A stretch of 64,000 nt of DNA. It comes from Ostreococcus lucimarinus. Its lineage: Eukaryota. Location of the stretch: assembly GCA_000092065.1 (NCBI GenBank), contig CP000600.1; one strand, written 5' to 3'. The translations under genes were made by a program, and so were the position numbers. How positions within the stretch are numbered: the stretch's first letter is position 1; the number at the start of each line of letters is the position of its first letter. This document shows positions 1 to 10,502 of this stretch, piece by piece. The notes beneath the pieces were generated by a model. The model was not told the origin of the DNA and made no database searches. It saw nothing but the letters and a program-made list of their open reading frames with translations.

Positions 1-1590
1 CGTCTTGAGCCTGAGGGCGTCCGCGTCCGCGGGCGCGTCGAGTCGACTGAGATCGATGTTGAGCGAGCCGACGGTTTCGCGGTGCGCCTGCTGAAGCACG
101 TCTACGAGTTCTTTTTCGCTTTGCTGCGCGTCCACACCCGCGGTGAGAAAGATGTCGTCTTCTTCGTCTCCACCATCGGTCGCCAGCGCCGCGGCGGTCG
201 CCGCCGCGGCTTCTTCTTCTTCCGCCGCCGTCGCCGATCGCTCGGCGGCGCCCGCGCCCATGTCCCAATACGTCGTCAAACGCGTCGGGCGACGACTGAA
301 TGGATCGCCTGAGCCCGTGTTCAACACGCCCGCCTTGAGTTTCGCCACTTGCTCGGACGCTCGCTTCGAGAGCTTTTCGCTGTTTTGGATTTCGTTGCGG
401 CGGTTGATGTTCGCGAGGGCGTCCTGCGTCGACCCGCTTCTCTGCTGCAATTTGTCCTTTATCTCTCGATCGACCTCGTCGAAACGTTGACGAAGCTCTT
501 CAACTTTATCTAAATCGTTTTCCGCCTCGGCGTGCGCGATCGCCGCCTTGATTTGCTCCTTTTCAAACAATAAGTTGTGACGCGTCCCTTGCTTTTCGCG
601 CTTCTCCGCGAGAATCTTCGTCACGTCGTCGCTCGTGTATCGGTAATTTTTCGCCTCTTCCAACCCTTGAAGACACTTCTTCACATCGCGCGCGGTGATG
701 GGGGTGCACCCCGCCTGCGCGCAGTGCGCCACCCAGGCTTTCCACTCGGCGTCTTGCACGTCGGAGTTTGAAACCTCGCTCAGTCGAAACGTCTTTTCAG
801 ACTTTCCCCAGCGCAAAATCAACCACTTTTGCGTCGGCGGTTTGTTGGCCAAGTACTCGTACTTTTTGAGCGAGTATTGCTTGTACTTGCCGTCCGCGAC
901 GCCCGCGATCTCGACGAGGCGATAGACGTTTTGCCCTTCCTTGTTGAGTCCTATGCCGACGCGCGTCAAACAATTCGTCACCGCGGCTTCAAAGTACGGT
1001 TCGTTCACCCACTGCTCGAGCTGATGTCTCTTCACCGTCACCGACGCGATCTCATCGCGCGTCGCCGGAACGTCGGACGACGCGTATTCAGCCTCAAGAT
1101 CGACGTCCGCTCGGGTTTCGCGTTTCTTCCGCCGAGGTCTCGCGACCCTTTCTTTGTCTTCCGATTCGGAGGCTGCCCCGCCAAATTCTTCCTCGTCCTC
1201 GCTCAGATCACCGAACACGCGTCGACTGCGTTCTTTTCGTTTCTTCGCCTCCGCGATGCGTTCGAGCGCCTCTAACTCGTCCCGCTGTTTACTCGAAATC
1301 GCCCGCGCCCCCGTCTTCTTCCGAGCCAGCTCCAATTCCTTCGATCGCGCCGCCGCGATGATCGCGCGTCGCGATTCCAGCCTCTTTCGCGCGTCCGCGC
1401 GTTCGAGCATGATCTCTTCCCGCTCGAGTTCGTTCAACGACGCGAGGCGCGCGCGATCGGCGGCGTCGCCCATCAAATCTGATCCGTACCCATCGTCGAA
1501 ATCGTCGGCGTCGGCGTCGTCGTCGGAGCTCCCGGCCGCGGCGAGGACGTCGAAATCGTCGTCATCGCGCGCTTCGTCGTCGGACGCCAT
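1..1590 (-). CDS. RTF1: RTF1-like Paf1-complex subunit with Plus3 domain; start codon at complement 1588..1590; C-terminus runs past the left window edge (3' partial)
   Basis: My own minus-strand translation gives MASDDEARDDDDFDV... and a clear Plus3 domain (VNEPYFEAAVTNCLTRVGIG...YRLVEIAGVADGKYKQYSL...KWLILRWGKSEKTFRLSEVSNS). It is absent from the ORF track because the ORF is open at the edge. Confidence 0.7.
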   Translation of the reverse strand, partial: MASDDEARDDDDFDVLAAAGSSDDDADADDFDDGYGSDLMGDAADRARLASLNELEREEIMLERADARKRLESRRAIIAAARSKELELARKKTGARAISSKQRDELEALERIAEAKKRKERSRRVFGDLSEDEEEFGGAASESEDKERVARPRRKKRETRADVDLEAEYASSDVPATRDEIASVTVKRHQLEQWVNEPYFEAAVTNCLTRVGIGLNKEGQNVYRLVEIAGVADGKYKQYSLKKYEYLANKPPTQKWLILRWGKSEKTFRLSEVSNSDVQDAEWKAWVAHCAQAGCTPITARDVKKCLQGLEEAKNYRYTSDDVTKILAEKREKQGTRHNLLFEKEQIKAAIAHAEAENDLDKVEELRQRFDEVDREIKDKLQQRSGSTQDALANINRRNEIQNSEKLSKRASEQVAKLKAGVLNTGSGDPFSRRPTRLTTYWDMGAGAAERSATAAEEEEAAAATAAALATDGGDEEDDIFLTAGVDAQQSEKELVDVLQQAHRETVGSLNIDLSRLDAPADADALRLKT

Positions 1591-1789
1591 CGCGAGGAGG
1601 GCGTCGAAGGTCGCGTCGTGACGCGTCGTGACGCGGAACGCCGGAACGTCGCGCGCCGGAATCCCGAACACGCGAACACGCGAACACGCGCGTCGCCCAT
1701 AACATTGACGCTAGACAGTCGATCGGGGTGGGGTCGATCGTGTTTTCAGTTTTCCCGGTATGTAGCGTTCACCGAACGTTAAGTACGAA

Positions 1790-1950
1790 GGTCCTGTGGC
1801 CCAATGGATAAGGCGCCGGTCTACGGTTGTAGTCACGGTACTTTACCGTGATTTAGAGCCATGAGTGCCGAAACGCACACACAACACTCCGTCGAACGAG
1901 CCGTTCGAGTCGCAAACCGGAGATTCCAGGTTCGATCCCTGGCAGGATCA
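1790..1950 (+). tRNA. tRNA-Arg (anticodon ACG) with an ~88-nt intron (about 1827..1914) at the canonical 37/38 position
   Basis: Acceptor GGTCCTG/CAGGATC with discriminator A. D-arm GCCC-AATGGATAA-GGC. Anticodon stem CCGGT/ACCGG with loop CTACGG|intron|A. T-arm CCAGG-TTCGATC-CCTGG. The fold was done by hand and coordinates are +-1. Confidence 0.6.
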
Positions 1951-2269
1951 CGATTTGTCGCGCACCTGTTAACTTTTTACCTTCGGGAAGCGCGGCGATG
2001 TCAAGCGTCGCTTGCGCGAACGCGTCGCGATACGCCTCAAACGACTCAAATCCTTTCATCCCGACGCGTCGCAAGCGAGCGTTCGCTGTCTCTTGTTCGG
2101 CTTTTTTTCGACTGCCAGAGTTTCCAGGGCGTCCGCTGCTCGATCACGTATAACTCTTCTTTTTTCCCAATATTTTACACATTTTTTTATTTATTGCATC
2201 TCCACAGTTGATCAATACCGTCGTGGTTACAACCGCGGCGCGCGCTGCTACGTCGCGAGGTTCGGTTCG

Positions 2270-2956
2270 CTATTCCATGGGCTCGACGCTCGCGCACCCG
2301 TCGCTCATCTGCGACGCGCCGCCGAGACCGCATCGCGAGATGCCGGCGTACAACGCGTCCGGTCCGGTGTCGCTGAGACGCAACAGCGTCACTTCGTATT
2401 TCAACGCGCTGTTCGCGGGAATCGTCGCGTACGGCGACCGCGCCGCCGCCGACCCGAATCCCAACTCGGGCGGCACCTCGAACGTTCTCGTACCGCCGAC
2501 GCGCATGCCGCGTATGCCCAAGCGCAAGCCCTCGGGCACCCCGGGCACCGGGGCGTCCGAGCTCAGATTGACGACCACCGGTCTCGCCGCCGCGGGCGCT
2601 ATGCTCACCGAGCCCACGCCCGAGGAGCTCGTCGCGTACACTCGCCCGCCCAGGGTGGTGTCGAACACCGCGCCGTCGCTCGCCAGCGTGCCCTCGTACT
2701 TGACCAACACCAAGCTCTTGCTCGTCGCCTCCTTGGCGCCGAATCCCGCGACGTCGCGCACTATTTTCACCGACGCTTCGTCCGCGAAAGCCGCGCGGCG
2801 TCCCAGCGCCGCGGCGACGGACGGGGCGAACAGCAAACACGCGCGGCGGGCGACGTCGCCGACGGCGTCGCTCGAGTCCCGAGCTCGCGTTCCAGCGCAC
2901 GCGACGCGGCGTCGCGGCGTCACCGCGACGGGCGGCGCGCGCGCGACGGGCGCCAT
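2270..2956 (-). CDS. FKBP-type peptidyl-prolyl isomerase domain protein with a transit-peptide-like N-terminus and long inserts (resembles thylakoid-lumen FKBPs)
   Basis: ORF 2270..2956 (-). FKBP signatures VKYEGTLASDGAVFDTT, GMRVGGTR, IPANSALKYEVTLLRL. The plus-strand ORFs over this region are antisense artefacts. Confidence 0.75.
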   Translation of the reverse strand: MAPVARAPPVAVTPRRRVACAGTRARDSSDAVGDVARRACLLFAPSVAAALGRRAAFADEASVKIVRDVAGFGAKEATSKSLVLVKYEGTLASDGAVFDTTLGGRVYATSSSGVGSVSIAPAAARPVVVNLSSDAPVPGVPEGLRLGIRGMRVGGTRTFEVPPELGFGSAAARSPYATIPANSALKYEVTLLRLSDTGPDALYAGISRCGLGGASQMSDGCASVEPME

Positions 2957-3056
2957 GGGTCGAGGTGTGAGGCGTCCGAAAACGCACGCGCGGCTAACTA
3001 GGATTACAATCGCGCGTCGTCGTCTAAAACCACGGACGGGCTCGTTCCGTCTTCCG

Positions 3057-3611
3057 TCAATCGTCTTCCAAGGGAACCTTGACCGCGGGGAGCGTGTCGA
3101 CGCGCGCGAGCAGCGCCGCGAACTCCTCGAACGTCACCCCTCCCGCGTCTTCCTCGCCCCCTCGCATCTTTCGCAGCTCCCCGAACGCTTTAGAGATCAA
3201 TTGATCGAAGTCTTCCTGCGAAATCGAGCTTCCGACCAGGTGTCTCGTGATGGTTTCTAAGTCGCTCCTCGACACGACGCCGTCTCGATCGACGTCGTAG
3301 CAATGAAACATAAATCTCAATCGCTCCTCTCGCGTCGCCTTGGAGCTCAGAGCGCTGATCATGCGCACAAAGTCTTTAAAGTTTTGGTTTTGGAACATCT
3401 GCACGATTCTCGGCGCGAGCGGGGAGATGGCGAGCTCGGGAATCGCCATGAGTTCGTCCTCCGTGATGAATCCTTTGTGCTTCTTGTCGAGCGCGCGGAA
3501 GCGCTGATACAGCGCTTGGATCTCGCGCGAGGTGAATTTACCGCCGCAGTGTTGCTGAACGTCCTCGATGTCGTACTGCGTGAGATTGAGCGAGCTCGCG
3601 GTGAGACCCAT
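3057..3611 (-). CDS. Calcineurin-B homologous protein (CHP)/calcineurin B-like EF-hand Ca-binding protein, probably N-myristoylated (MGLTASS)
   Basis: ORF 3057..3644 (-). I trimmed the start to the MG at 3609..3611, which gives an MGxxxS myristoylation motif. EF-hand loops DKKHKGFITEDEL and DVDRDGVVSRSDL are present. Overall it parallels CHP1 (PELAISPLAPRIV). Confidence 0.7.
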   Translation of the reverse strand: MGLTASSLNLTQYDIEDVQQHCGGKFTSREIQALYQRFRALDKKHKGFITEDELMAIPELAISPLAPRIVQMFQNQNFKDFVRMISALSSKATREERLRFMFHCYDVDRDGVVSRSDLETITRHLVGSSISQEDFDQLISKAFGELRKMRGGEEDAGGVTFEEFAALLARVDTLPAVKVPLEDD

Positions 3612-3740
3612 GGCGGCGAGCGCTTTCGGGCGAGAGGCGCGCACTGCGGGACGCGCGTTCGACGACCGCGTTCGACGACGAGGAGGACTTGGGAGTTGTG
3701 TTATTAAAAAATAACTCGTGATTCGTTCGCGCCCGTTCGC

Positions 3741-4988
3741 TCAGAGCTTGCCCGTGATGGACTCGATGAAAATTTCCAAGCTGTCCGGGTCTCGGCGCTC
3801 CGAGCCGAGCTTGACGTACCCCGAGCGGCCTTTCGGGAAGAGCAAGAGCGTCGGGAACGATTTCATCGACAAGTTTTCTTGCGACCACTCCTTTTCGTCG
3901 CGATCGGCGCGGAACTTGGCGAATTTCACGCCCTTCGGCCCGAGACGCTCGGCGGCGGTTTCGAAACCGCTCACCATGCGCTGACAAAACGGACACCACG
4001 GCGCGTACAGCACCGCCAGAGTGGTCTCGCCGTGCGTCTTTTCGTCCTTCAACGCGGCGATGTCGTCTCGAGACAAGTTTCGAATCGAGTCGTGCTCAAA
4101 AATGTCTTCTTCCGTCGCCTCGCGATCGTCTTGCTTCGCCTTTTCCTCCGCCGTCAAGTTGCCGCTGTGCAAGCCGCACTCCTTGTCGCTCGCGTCTTCC
4201 CACCACCACCGTCCTTCGCGCTCTTGCTGTCCCGGAAGCACGGCCCGCGTGCACGGCGCGCATCCGATCGAGACGTACCCACGCTCGTGCAACGCGTTCA
4301 CGGGCGTGCCCATGACGCGCAAGAAATCCCACACCTCTTGCGACGTCGCGTCCGTGAGCGGGTTAAACTTGACCAAACTTCCCGCGCCCCCGGCCGCGCC
4401 CTCGAACACGGGATCGATCTGGCACGCCGGCACCGCGTTTCGCGTACCGGGGCTCTGATCCTTCCGCTGCCCCGTCACCCACGCCGTGAGCGTCGCCAGC
4501 TTCGCCCGCAAAGGCTTCACCTTGCGCACGCCGCAGCACTCCTTGTGTCCGTCCTCGTAAAACGAAAACATCCCCTTCTCGTTCACCAGCGCCTTCACCG
4601 CCTCGCTCTCGGGAAAGCAATACTCAATCTTTATGTCAAAATGTTTCTCAACCTTATCGAACAGCTCGTACGTCTCCGGATTCAACCGCCCCGTGTCGAG
4701 CGAGAAGACGCGATACGGCCGCCCCGTGAGCGCCGCGTACTGAATCACCGCCACGTCCTCCGCCCCGCTGAACGCGATCGCCAGCCCGTCGCCGTGCGTT
4801 TCCAGCGCCTTATCCATGATCTCCAGCGGCGTCGCGCGCGCGCGCTCGAGCGCGTCGCGCATGCCGTCGACGTCCGCCTTCGTCGCGCGCGAGGGCGCGC
4901 GCGTCGTTCGCGCCTTCGTCGTCGCGCGTCGCGCCGCGCGTCGCGCGCTCGGGCCCCGGAGCGCGCCGCGCGCGCGCGCGCTTCGCAT
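3741..4988 (-). CDS. APR: Plant-type adenosine 5'-phosphosulfate (APS) reductase: PAPS-reductase domain plus C-terminal thioredoxin-like domain (WCPFC), with an R/A/S/T-rich transit peptide
   Basis: ORF 3741..5828 (-), trimmed to the in-frame ATG at complement 4986..4988 ([12 protein letters not shown]...). Further upstream the ORF is low-complexity and overlaps the divergent helicase gene. Motifs seen: [26 protein letters not shown]. Confidence 0.85.
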   Translation of the reverse strand: MRSARARGALRGPSARRAARRATTKARTTRAPSRATKADVDGMRDALERARATPLEIMDKALETHGDGLAIAFSGAEDVAVIQYAALTGRPYRVFSLDTGRLNPETYELFDKVEKHFDIKIEYCFPESEAVKALVNEKGMFSFYEDGHKECCGVRKVKPLRAKLATLTAWVTGQRKDQSPGTRNAVPACQIDPVFEGAAGGAGSLVKFNPLTDATSQEVWDFLRVMGTPVNALHERGYVSIGCAPCTRAVLPGQQEREGRWWWEDASDKECGLHSGNLTAEEKAKQDDREATEEDIFEHDSIRNLSRDDIAALKDEKTHGETTLAVLYAPWCPFCQRMVSGFETAAERLGPKGVKFAKFRADRDEKEWSQENLSMKSFPTLLLFPKGRSGYVKLGSERRDPDSLEIFIESITGKL

Positions 4989-5088
4989 CGCGCGCGCCGT
5001 CGCCGTTCGCGCGCGTCCCGTTCGCGCGCCGCGTCGCCGAGTCGCGACGTCGAGGGCGCGGCGCCGCACTCGTCGACGCGTCGCGACG
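4989..5088. promoter_or_regulatory. ~100-bp bidirectional promoter region between the divergent APR and DHX16 start codons
   Basis: Head-to-head ATGs at 4988 (-) and 5089 (+). This is an inference from gene arrangement only. Confidence 0.3.
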
Positions 5089-8000
5089 ATGGCGGCGTCC
5101 CGCGCCGCGGTCGTCGTCCGCGACGGCCTGCACGACCTCCTCGGGTACACCGCGAGCGCGCTCGAGGCGTTCGTGCTGGACAAGGCGCGAGAGAGCGGCG
5201 GCGACGCGCGCGCGCTCGAGGCGGCGCTGATCGAGTGCGGATGTCCCGACGACGAAAAGACGCGCGCGTTCGCGCGCGCGGTGTGCGCGAGCGCGTCCGA
5301 CGACGCGAAAGGGAGCGCGGCGGACGCGCGCGGAGGCGCCGCGGCGTCGACGGGCGTCGCGAGGGCGGCGACGAGGGATGATTGGACGGCGACGCGCGCG
5401 GCGGCGACGTACGAGTTGTTGGCGGAGGAGAGCGAGAGCGAGCGCGAACGCGAACGCGAGGAGGACGACAGAGCGAAGCGAAGGGCGACGAAACGAGCGA
5501 AAAAGATGAGGAAGAAACGAGGGAAGGGCGAGGGGGCGAGCGAGAGCGAGGAGGACGCGGAGGCGGTGGAGACGCGTCGGCGAGCGCTCGCGGGGGAACG
5601 CGAAGACGAATCGTACGAGGCGCCGTCGGCGTCGGAGGAAGACGAAGAGACGAGGAAGGCGCGAGAGATGGAGGAAGATTTGCGAGAGCGCGATGAGTTT
5701 GAACAACGCCTGCGGGCGAAGGATGAGGCGAAGACGAAAAAGTTGAGCGGCGATCGAGGACCGACGGAGGCGGAGCGCGCGGAAGCCGAGCGTCGAGGCG
5801 CGCATTTGGAGACGGATGAACAGCGCACAGATTTAGTGCCCGAACTCAGAAAGGTATCGCGGCAAGAGTACTTGAAGAAACGCGAGCTTCAAAAGCTCGA
5901 GGAGCTGAAAGAATCGATCAAAGAGACGGAGTACTTTTACGAAGGCCAAGACGTGACGGAGGAGCAGCGCAAGGATTTAGAAAAGAGGAAGAAGGTTTAC
6001 GAGCTCGCGATGGAGCAAATCAATAGCATTAACGACGCCTTAGAGGAGCGTTACTCTATACCCACGGCGTACGACGATCCGAACAAGCCGAAGTCCACGA
6101 ACGAACGGTTCGCGGTGGCGAGACAACGATACAAGGAGCCCGACCCCGAGGACGACGCGAATCCTTTCAAGGATCAAGACCAGTGGGAGGCGCATCAAGT
6201 CAAACAAGCGCAGGCGCAGTTCGGAGCGAAGAATAAGAAATCTGAAGTCAAGGAGTACGACTTGGTGTACGACGATCAAATCAAGTTCATCAAGGATGAA
6301 ATCATGGCGGGCGACGGCGTGTCGAGCGGAAGCGAGAGCGAGAGCGAGAGCGAGAGCGAGAGCGAGAGCGAGATGGACGAAGAGAAACGCACCAAGCTCG
6401 CTTTGGCGGGAAAACTCGGGAAAAGGGCCAAGATAGAAGCCGATCGCAAGTCGCTTCCGATTTTTCCATACCGCGAGTCTCTCATCAAGGCGGTGGAGGA
6501 TCACCAAGTCGTCGTCATCGTCGGCGAGACGGGTTCGGGCAAGACGACGCAAATTCCGCAGTACATGTGGGAAGCTGGTTTCGGTGGCAAGACGCAAAAA
6601 ATCGGTTGTACGCAGCCGAGACGAGTGGCGGCGATGTCCGTCGCGTCGCGCGTCGCGGAGGAAGCGGGCGTAAAGCTCGGTCACGAGGTTGGCTACACCA
6701 TTCGTTTCGAGGACTGCACCAACGACAAGACGCGAGTCAAGTACATGACGGACGGGATGCTCTTGCGCGAATTCTTGGGTGAGCCAGACTTGTCGTCGTA
6801 TGCGGTGATGATGGTGGACGAGGCGCACGAGCGCACGCTGCACACCGACGTTCTTTTTGGCCTCGTCAAGGATATCGCCAGATTCCGACCGGAGATCAAG
6901 CTTCTCATCTCCTCCGCCACGCTCGACGCGGAAAAGTTTAGCGAGTACTTTGATTTCGCACCGATTTTCAGAATTCCCGGTCGTCGATTTCCGGTGGATA
7001 TTCTCTACACACAGCAACCCGAGGCAGATTACGTGGACGCCACCGTGGTGACGGTGTTACAAATTCATCTCACCCAACCCGAGGGCGACATTTTAGTCTT
7101 TTGCACCGGTCAAGAGGAGATTGAAAGTTGTGAGGAACTGTTGAAGACGCGCATCCACGAGATGGAGAAGAAACCTCCCGAGCTTATCATCGCGCCCATT
7201 TACGCATCGCTGCCAAGCGACATGCAGGCGAAGATTTTCGAGGACACGCCCAAGGGATCGCGAAAAGTCGTCCTGGCGACGAACATCGCCGAGACGTCGC
7301 TCACGATTGACGGCATCAAATACGTGATTGATCCTGGGTTTTGCAAGCAAAAGAGTTATAACCCACGCACGGGGATGGAGTCACTCGTCGTCACCCCCAC
7401 ATCGCAGGCGAGCGCGTTGCAGCGCGCCGGTCGCGCCGGTCGTACATCGGCGGGAAAGTGTTTCCGTCTATACACGGCGTGGAGTTTCCAAAACGAACTC
7501 GACCCGAACACCGTACCCGAAATTCAGCGCACGAACCTCGGGAACGTGGTGTTGATGTTGAAATCACTCGGAATCAACGATTTGATGCACTTCGACTTCA
7601 TGGATCCGCCCCCGGCCGAGACGTTACTTCGAGCGCTCGAACAACTGTACGCCCTCGGCGCGTTGAACGATAGAGGCGAGCTCACGAAACTCGGGCGCAA
7701 GATGGCTGAGTTCCCTCTGGACCCGATGCTTTCGAAGACGCTCTGCGCGAGTGACAAGTACAAAGTAAGCGATGAAGTGATGACGATTTGCTGCATGCTG
7801 TCGTGCGGAAACACGGTATTTTATCGTCCCAAAGACAAGCTACAGCTCGCCGATCACGCGCACAAATCCTTTCACATCGGCAACGTCGGCGATCACATCG
7901 CGTTATTAAACGTATACAACTCATGGCGTGACGCCGACTTTTCTGTCACGTGGTGTTACGAAAACTTTGTGCAGCAGCGGACGATGAAAACGGCGCGAGA

Positions 8001-8394
8001 TATTCGAGAACAGCTCGAAAAGCTCCTCGAGCGCGTCGAAATCGAGCCGTCGTCGAACACAAACGACCTCGACGGCATTAAAAAGTGCATCACGAGCGGA
8101 TTCTTCTACCACACCGCCAAACTGCAAAAGAACGGCAGCTATAGAACGGTGAAGAATCCGCAAACCGTGGCCATCCATCCGTCGAGCGGGCTCGCGAAGG
8201 AGCTTCCGCGCTGGGTCGTGTACTTTGAGCTCGTGTACACGTCCAAGGAATACATGCGGCAAGTAATTGAAATCAAGCCCGAGTGGCTCGTGGAGATCGC
8301 GCCGCACTATTACAAACGGAAAGAAATCGAAGGAGAAACCATCAAGACCGGCAAGGCGGCCGCGGGGAAGAAATCAGACGTCGTCTTGGCGTGA
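5089..8394 (+). CDS. DHX16: DEAH-box pre-mRNA splicing helicase, Prp2/DHX16-like, with a charged Glu/Arg/Ser-rich N-terminal region
   Basis: ORF 4816..8394 (+), trimmed to ATG 5089 ([13 protein letters not shown]). Motifs [46 protein letters not shown], plus the HA2/OB C-terminus. A (GAGAGC)n run encodes SESESE. Confidence 0.85.
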   Translation: MAASRAAVVVRDGLHDLLGYTASALEAFVLDKARESGGDARALEAALIECGCPDDEKTRAFARAVCASASDDAKGSAADARGGAAASTGVARAATRDDWTATRAAATYELLAEESESEREREREEDDRAKRRATKRAKKMRKKRGKGEGASESEEDAEAVETRRRALAGEREDESYEAPSASEEDEETRKAREMEEDLRERDEFEQRLRAKDEAKTKKLSGDRGPTEAERAEAERRGAHLETDEQRTDLVPELRKVSRQEYLKKRELQKLEELKESIKETEYFYEGQDVTEEQRKDLEKRKKVYELAMEQINSINDALEERYSIPTAYDDPNKPKSTNERFAVARQRYKEPDPEDDANPFKDQDQWEAHQVKQAQAQFGAKNKKSEVKEYDLVYDDQIKFIKDEIMAGDGVSSGSESESESESESESEMDEEKRTKLALAGKLGKRAKIEADRKSLPIFPYRESLIKAVEDHQVVVIVGETGSGKTTQIPQYMWEAGFGGKTQKIGCTQPRRVAAMSVASRVAEEAGVKLGHEVGYTIRFEDCTNDKTRVKYMTDGMLLREFLGEPDLSSYAVMMVDEAHERTLHTDVLFGLVKDIARFRPEIKLLISSATLDAEKFSEYFDFAPIFRIPGRRFPVDILYTQQPEADYVDATVVTVLQIHLTQPEGDILVFCTGQEEIESCEELLKTRIHEMEKKPPELIIAPIYASLPSDMQAKIFEDTPKGSRKVVLATNIAETSLTIDGIKYVIDPGFCKQKSYNPRTGMESLVVTPTSQASALQRAGRAGRTSAGKCFRLYTAWSFQNELDPNTVPEIQRTNLGNVVLMLKSLGINDLMHFDFMDPPPAETLLRALEQLYALGALNDRGELTKLGRKMAEFPLDPMLSKTLCASDKYKVSDEVMTICCMLSCGNTVFYRPKDKLQLADHAHKSFHIGNVGDHIALLNVYNSWRDADFSVTWCYENFVQQRTMKTARDIREQLEKLLERVEIEPSSNTNDLDGIKKCITSGFFYHTAKLQKNGSYRTVKNPQTVAIHPSSGLAKELPRWVVYFELVYTSKEYMRQVIEIKPEWLVEIAPHYYKRKEIEGETIKTGKAAAGKKSDVVLA
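6331..6375 (+). repeat. (GAGAGC)n hexanucleotide microsatellite inside the DHX16 CDS, encoding (SE)n
   Basis: agcgagagcgagagcgagagc... visible in the sequence; the protein reads [12 protein letters not shown]. Confidence 0.7.
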
Positions 8395-8542
8395 CGCGCG
8401 CGCGCAAAGTAGAAAAATTAGCGAAAATTTGTAGAAAACGTTGAAGGAATGTAGAAAGATATCATTACGGTGACGAAAGAATCGCTCTGCTGGTTGCATG
8501 GTGGTGGTGATGAAACCTAATGAATGAGAAAAACGATATCGT

Positions 8543-9256
8543 CTACTGCGCCGCGTTGGAGATCGTCTCCGCGAGCCCGAACAACACCGGCGGCACGGCC
8601 AGGCACGCGCCGACGACGCCGGCCCCGACGGCCCACTCGGAGGCGTTCTTCATCTCGCCTCGGAGCGCCTTGGCGAACGAAATCTCCGCCGCCGCATCGA
8701 TCGTCGTATCGATCGGCTTCACGATGAACGGAATCGCCGCCAATCCCAACAACGTGGGCAAGATGCGTTCGACGTCGAGTCCCTGCGCCGCGAGCGAGTC
8801 GAACGCGCTCACGTCCGCCTTCGCCAACGCCAAATTCGTCGTCGCCACGACGACGCGAATGAACGATCCCGGCCAAAACACGCTCGCGAGCATTTGCCAA
8901 GTCAGGGTTTCCGTCGCCACCGCCGCGGCTTGGTTCGCGCGATCGCTCGCCCCCTCCGCCTTGTTCCAGCGCTTGACGCCCTTATCCACTGTGTCCGCCA
9001 GCACGTACGTCGCCGCGATTCCATACGTCGCCGGCACGCCCCAAACCGGCAACCACGCCACGAACGCTTCACCGCACTCATTCGCGTACCCCATGTACCG
9101 CAGCAGCGAGTCCCGGAACACGTCGTACTCCTTTTCCTCGGAGACTTCGTGCGGCGGCGCCGCGCCCACCGCGCTCTCCCGCGCCTCCCGTCGCGAGTCC
9201 GCCTCGACCTCGTCCTCGGTCGTCACCGCTCGCGGCGTCGCGCCGCGCGACATCAT
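8543..9256 (-). CDS. MTFP1: Mitochondrial fission process protein 1 (MTFP1/MTP18)-like
   Basis: ORF 8543..10204 (-), trimmed to ATG at complement 9254..9256 (MMSRGATPRAV). The MTP18 signature LLRYMGYANECGEAFVAWLP is present and the C-terminus is hydrophobic. The upstream part of the ORF is GC-rich read-through. Confidence 0.6.
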   Translation of the reverse strand: MMSRGATPRAVTTEDEVEADSRREARESAVGAAPPHEVSEEKEYDVFRDSLLRYMGYANECGEAFVAWLPVWGVPATYGIAATYVLADTVDKGVKRWNKAEGASDRANQAAAVATETLTWQMLASVFWPGSFIRVVVATTNLALAKADVSAFDSLAAQGLDVERILPTLLGLAAIPFIVKPIDTTIDAAAEISFAKALRGEMKNASEWAVGAGVVGACLAVPPVLFGLAETISNAAQ

Positions 9257-9839
9257 TCGCGTCCCGAACGTCGCGCGTCGATCGCGCGCCGTCGCGCCGC
9301 CGCGTCGATCCGTCGCGCATCGCCGCGCCGCCGCTTGGCCTCGAGCCCCGCGCGCCGTTCGCGTCGCCCTCGCGGCGACGACGGCGAGCGCGCGCGCCGA
9401 AATCGCGGTCGTCATCGAGCGCGTAATTCTCCCGAGCGCACCGCGGCGCGCCGTTCCCGATCGACGCGTCGACGCGCGCGCGCGGGTCTGACGACGGCCC
9501 GCGCCGCTTCGACGTCGACCGCGCGCGAGTTCACGAAGATCGACCGCGCGCGTCGTCGTCGCGCCGTCTCGCGCGCTCGAACGCGCGCGCGCGCCGGGAA
9601 TAATTTTGACGCGTCGATCGGCGCGGCGCGCGCGCTCGGGCGCGGCGCGGTCGACGCGCGCGAGGACGCGCGCGGCGCGGTCGACGAATCTTAGACTCTC
9701 GTCGCGTATTGTAGCGCGCGCGTTCGAATCCGACGCCGCACTCGACGCCGCCGCGCGCGCGCGCGTCCTCGAGCGCGCGCGGCGTCGAACGCGACGGCGA
9801 CGACGGGACCGCGCGACGGCGACGCGACGGCGCGGCGCG

Positions 9840-10075
9840 ATGGCGACGAACGAGACGGTGAAGGTGGTGAGAAAGGTGCTGCGCGCGCGAGAGCAAAAGG
9901 CGACGCGCGCGAGCGATGCGGTCGACGCGGGGGACGCGCGCGCGCGCGCGACGGCGACGAACGATGAGTTGGACGCGACGGTGACGGTCGCGGCGCGGGA
10001 GGAGGCGTATAGGTTGGCGCGCGAACGCATCTTTGGCGACGGGGACGAAGGCGAAGGCGACGACGTCGCGGACGA

Positions 10076-10128
<53 letters not shown>

Positions 10129-10502
10129 ACGATGGGAACGATGGGAACGCGCTGGACGTGAGAGGCGATGGCGCGGACGCGTCGATGGGGCGGGAGCGCG
10201 GCAACGGTGGGTCGGGGATGTCGGCGAGCGCGCGGGCGTTCGCGCCGAAGAAGGCGACGCGGAAGGATCGGTGGGCGGACTCGTTCGATCCGGATTTTAT
10301 TCGCCGCGATCCGAGCGTGGGGTCGGCGAGGATGGTGCCGATGAACGTCCCAGGGGTGATGCCGATGATGATGCCGCCGCCGATGGGTGGGATGACGTGG
10401 CAACAAGCGGCGCCGAGCTATTTCGCGCCGCCCATGCCGCCGCCCATGCCGCCGGGACCTCCGCCGCCTCGCCCATCGCGGGAACGAGGCGACGACGTCT
10501 GA
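9840..10502 (+). CDS. SUZ-domain protein (SZRD1-like) with an internal 17-residue poly-Thr tract and a Pro/Met-rich C-terminus
   Basis: ORF 9606..10502 (+), trimmed to ATG 9840 (MATNETVKVVRKVL). The SUZ-like motif EEAYRLARERIFG is present. The family assignment is tentative. Confidence 0.4.
10073..10130 (+). repeat. (ACG)n trinucleotide repeat encoding poly-Thr
   Basis: acgacgacg... run; it translates to T17 in the SUZ protein. Confidence 0.7.

Noticed and set aside
2012-3260. Plus-strand ORFs 2012..3001 and 2208..3260 (329-350 aa)
   Set aside because: Antisense or overlapping frames of the FKBP gene. They are Arg/Ala/Gly low-complexity with no domain signal.
3879-5381. 500-aa plus-strand ORF (and the 331-aa minus ORF 4810..5805) rich in Arg/Ala
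   Set aside because: It is antisense to, or out of frame with, the well-supported APR and DHX16 genes. Its composition is the RRRARA low-complexity typical of GC-rich read-through, not of a real protein.
6040-7017. 325-aa minus-strand ORF inside the helicase gene
   Set aside because: Antisense to the conserved DEAH helicase core. It contains the reverse reading of the (GAGAGC)n repeat as LALALA. Artefact.
9690-9750. GTTCGAATCC T-loop-like motif suggesting a second tRNA
   Set aside because: The flanks cannot form T-stem, D-arm or acceptor pairing. No cloverleaf can be built.
9606-10204. 5' extension of the SUZ-like ORF and the upstream 950 nt of the 553-aa minus ORF (8543..10204)
   Set aside because: Only the C-terminal 238 aa (MTFP1-like) and the region downstream of ATG 9840 look protein-like. 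The rest is repeat-driven low complexity (poly-Val/poly-Thr).
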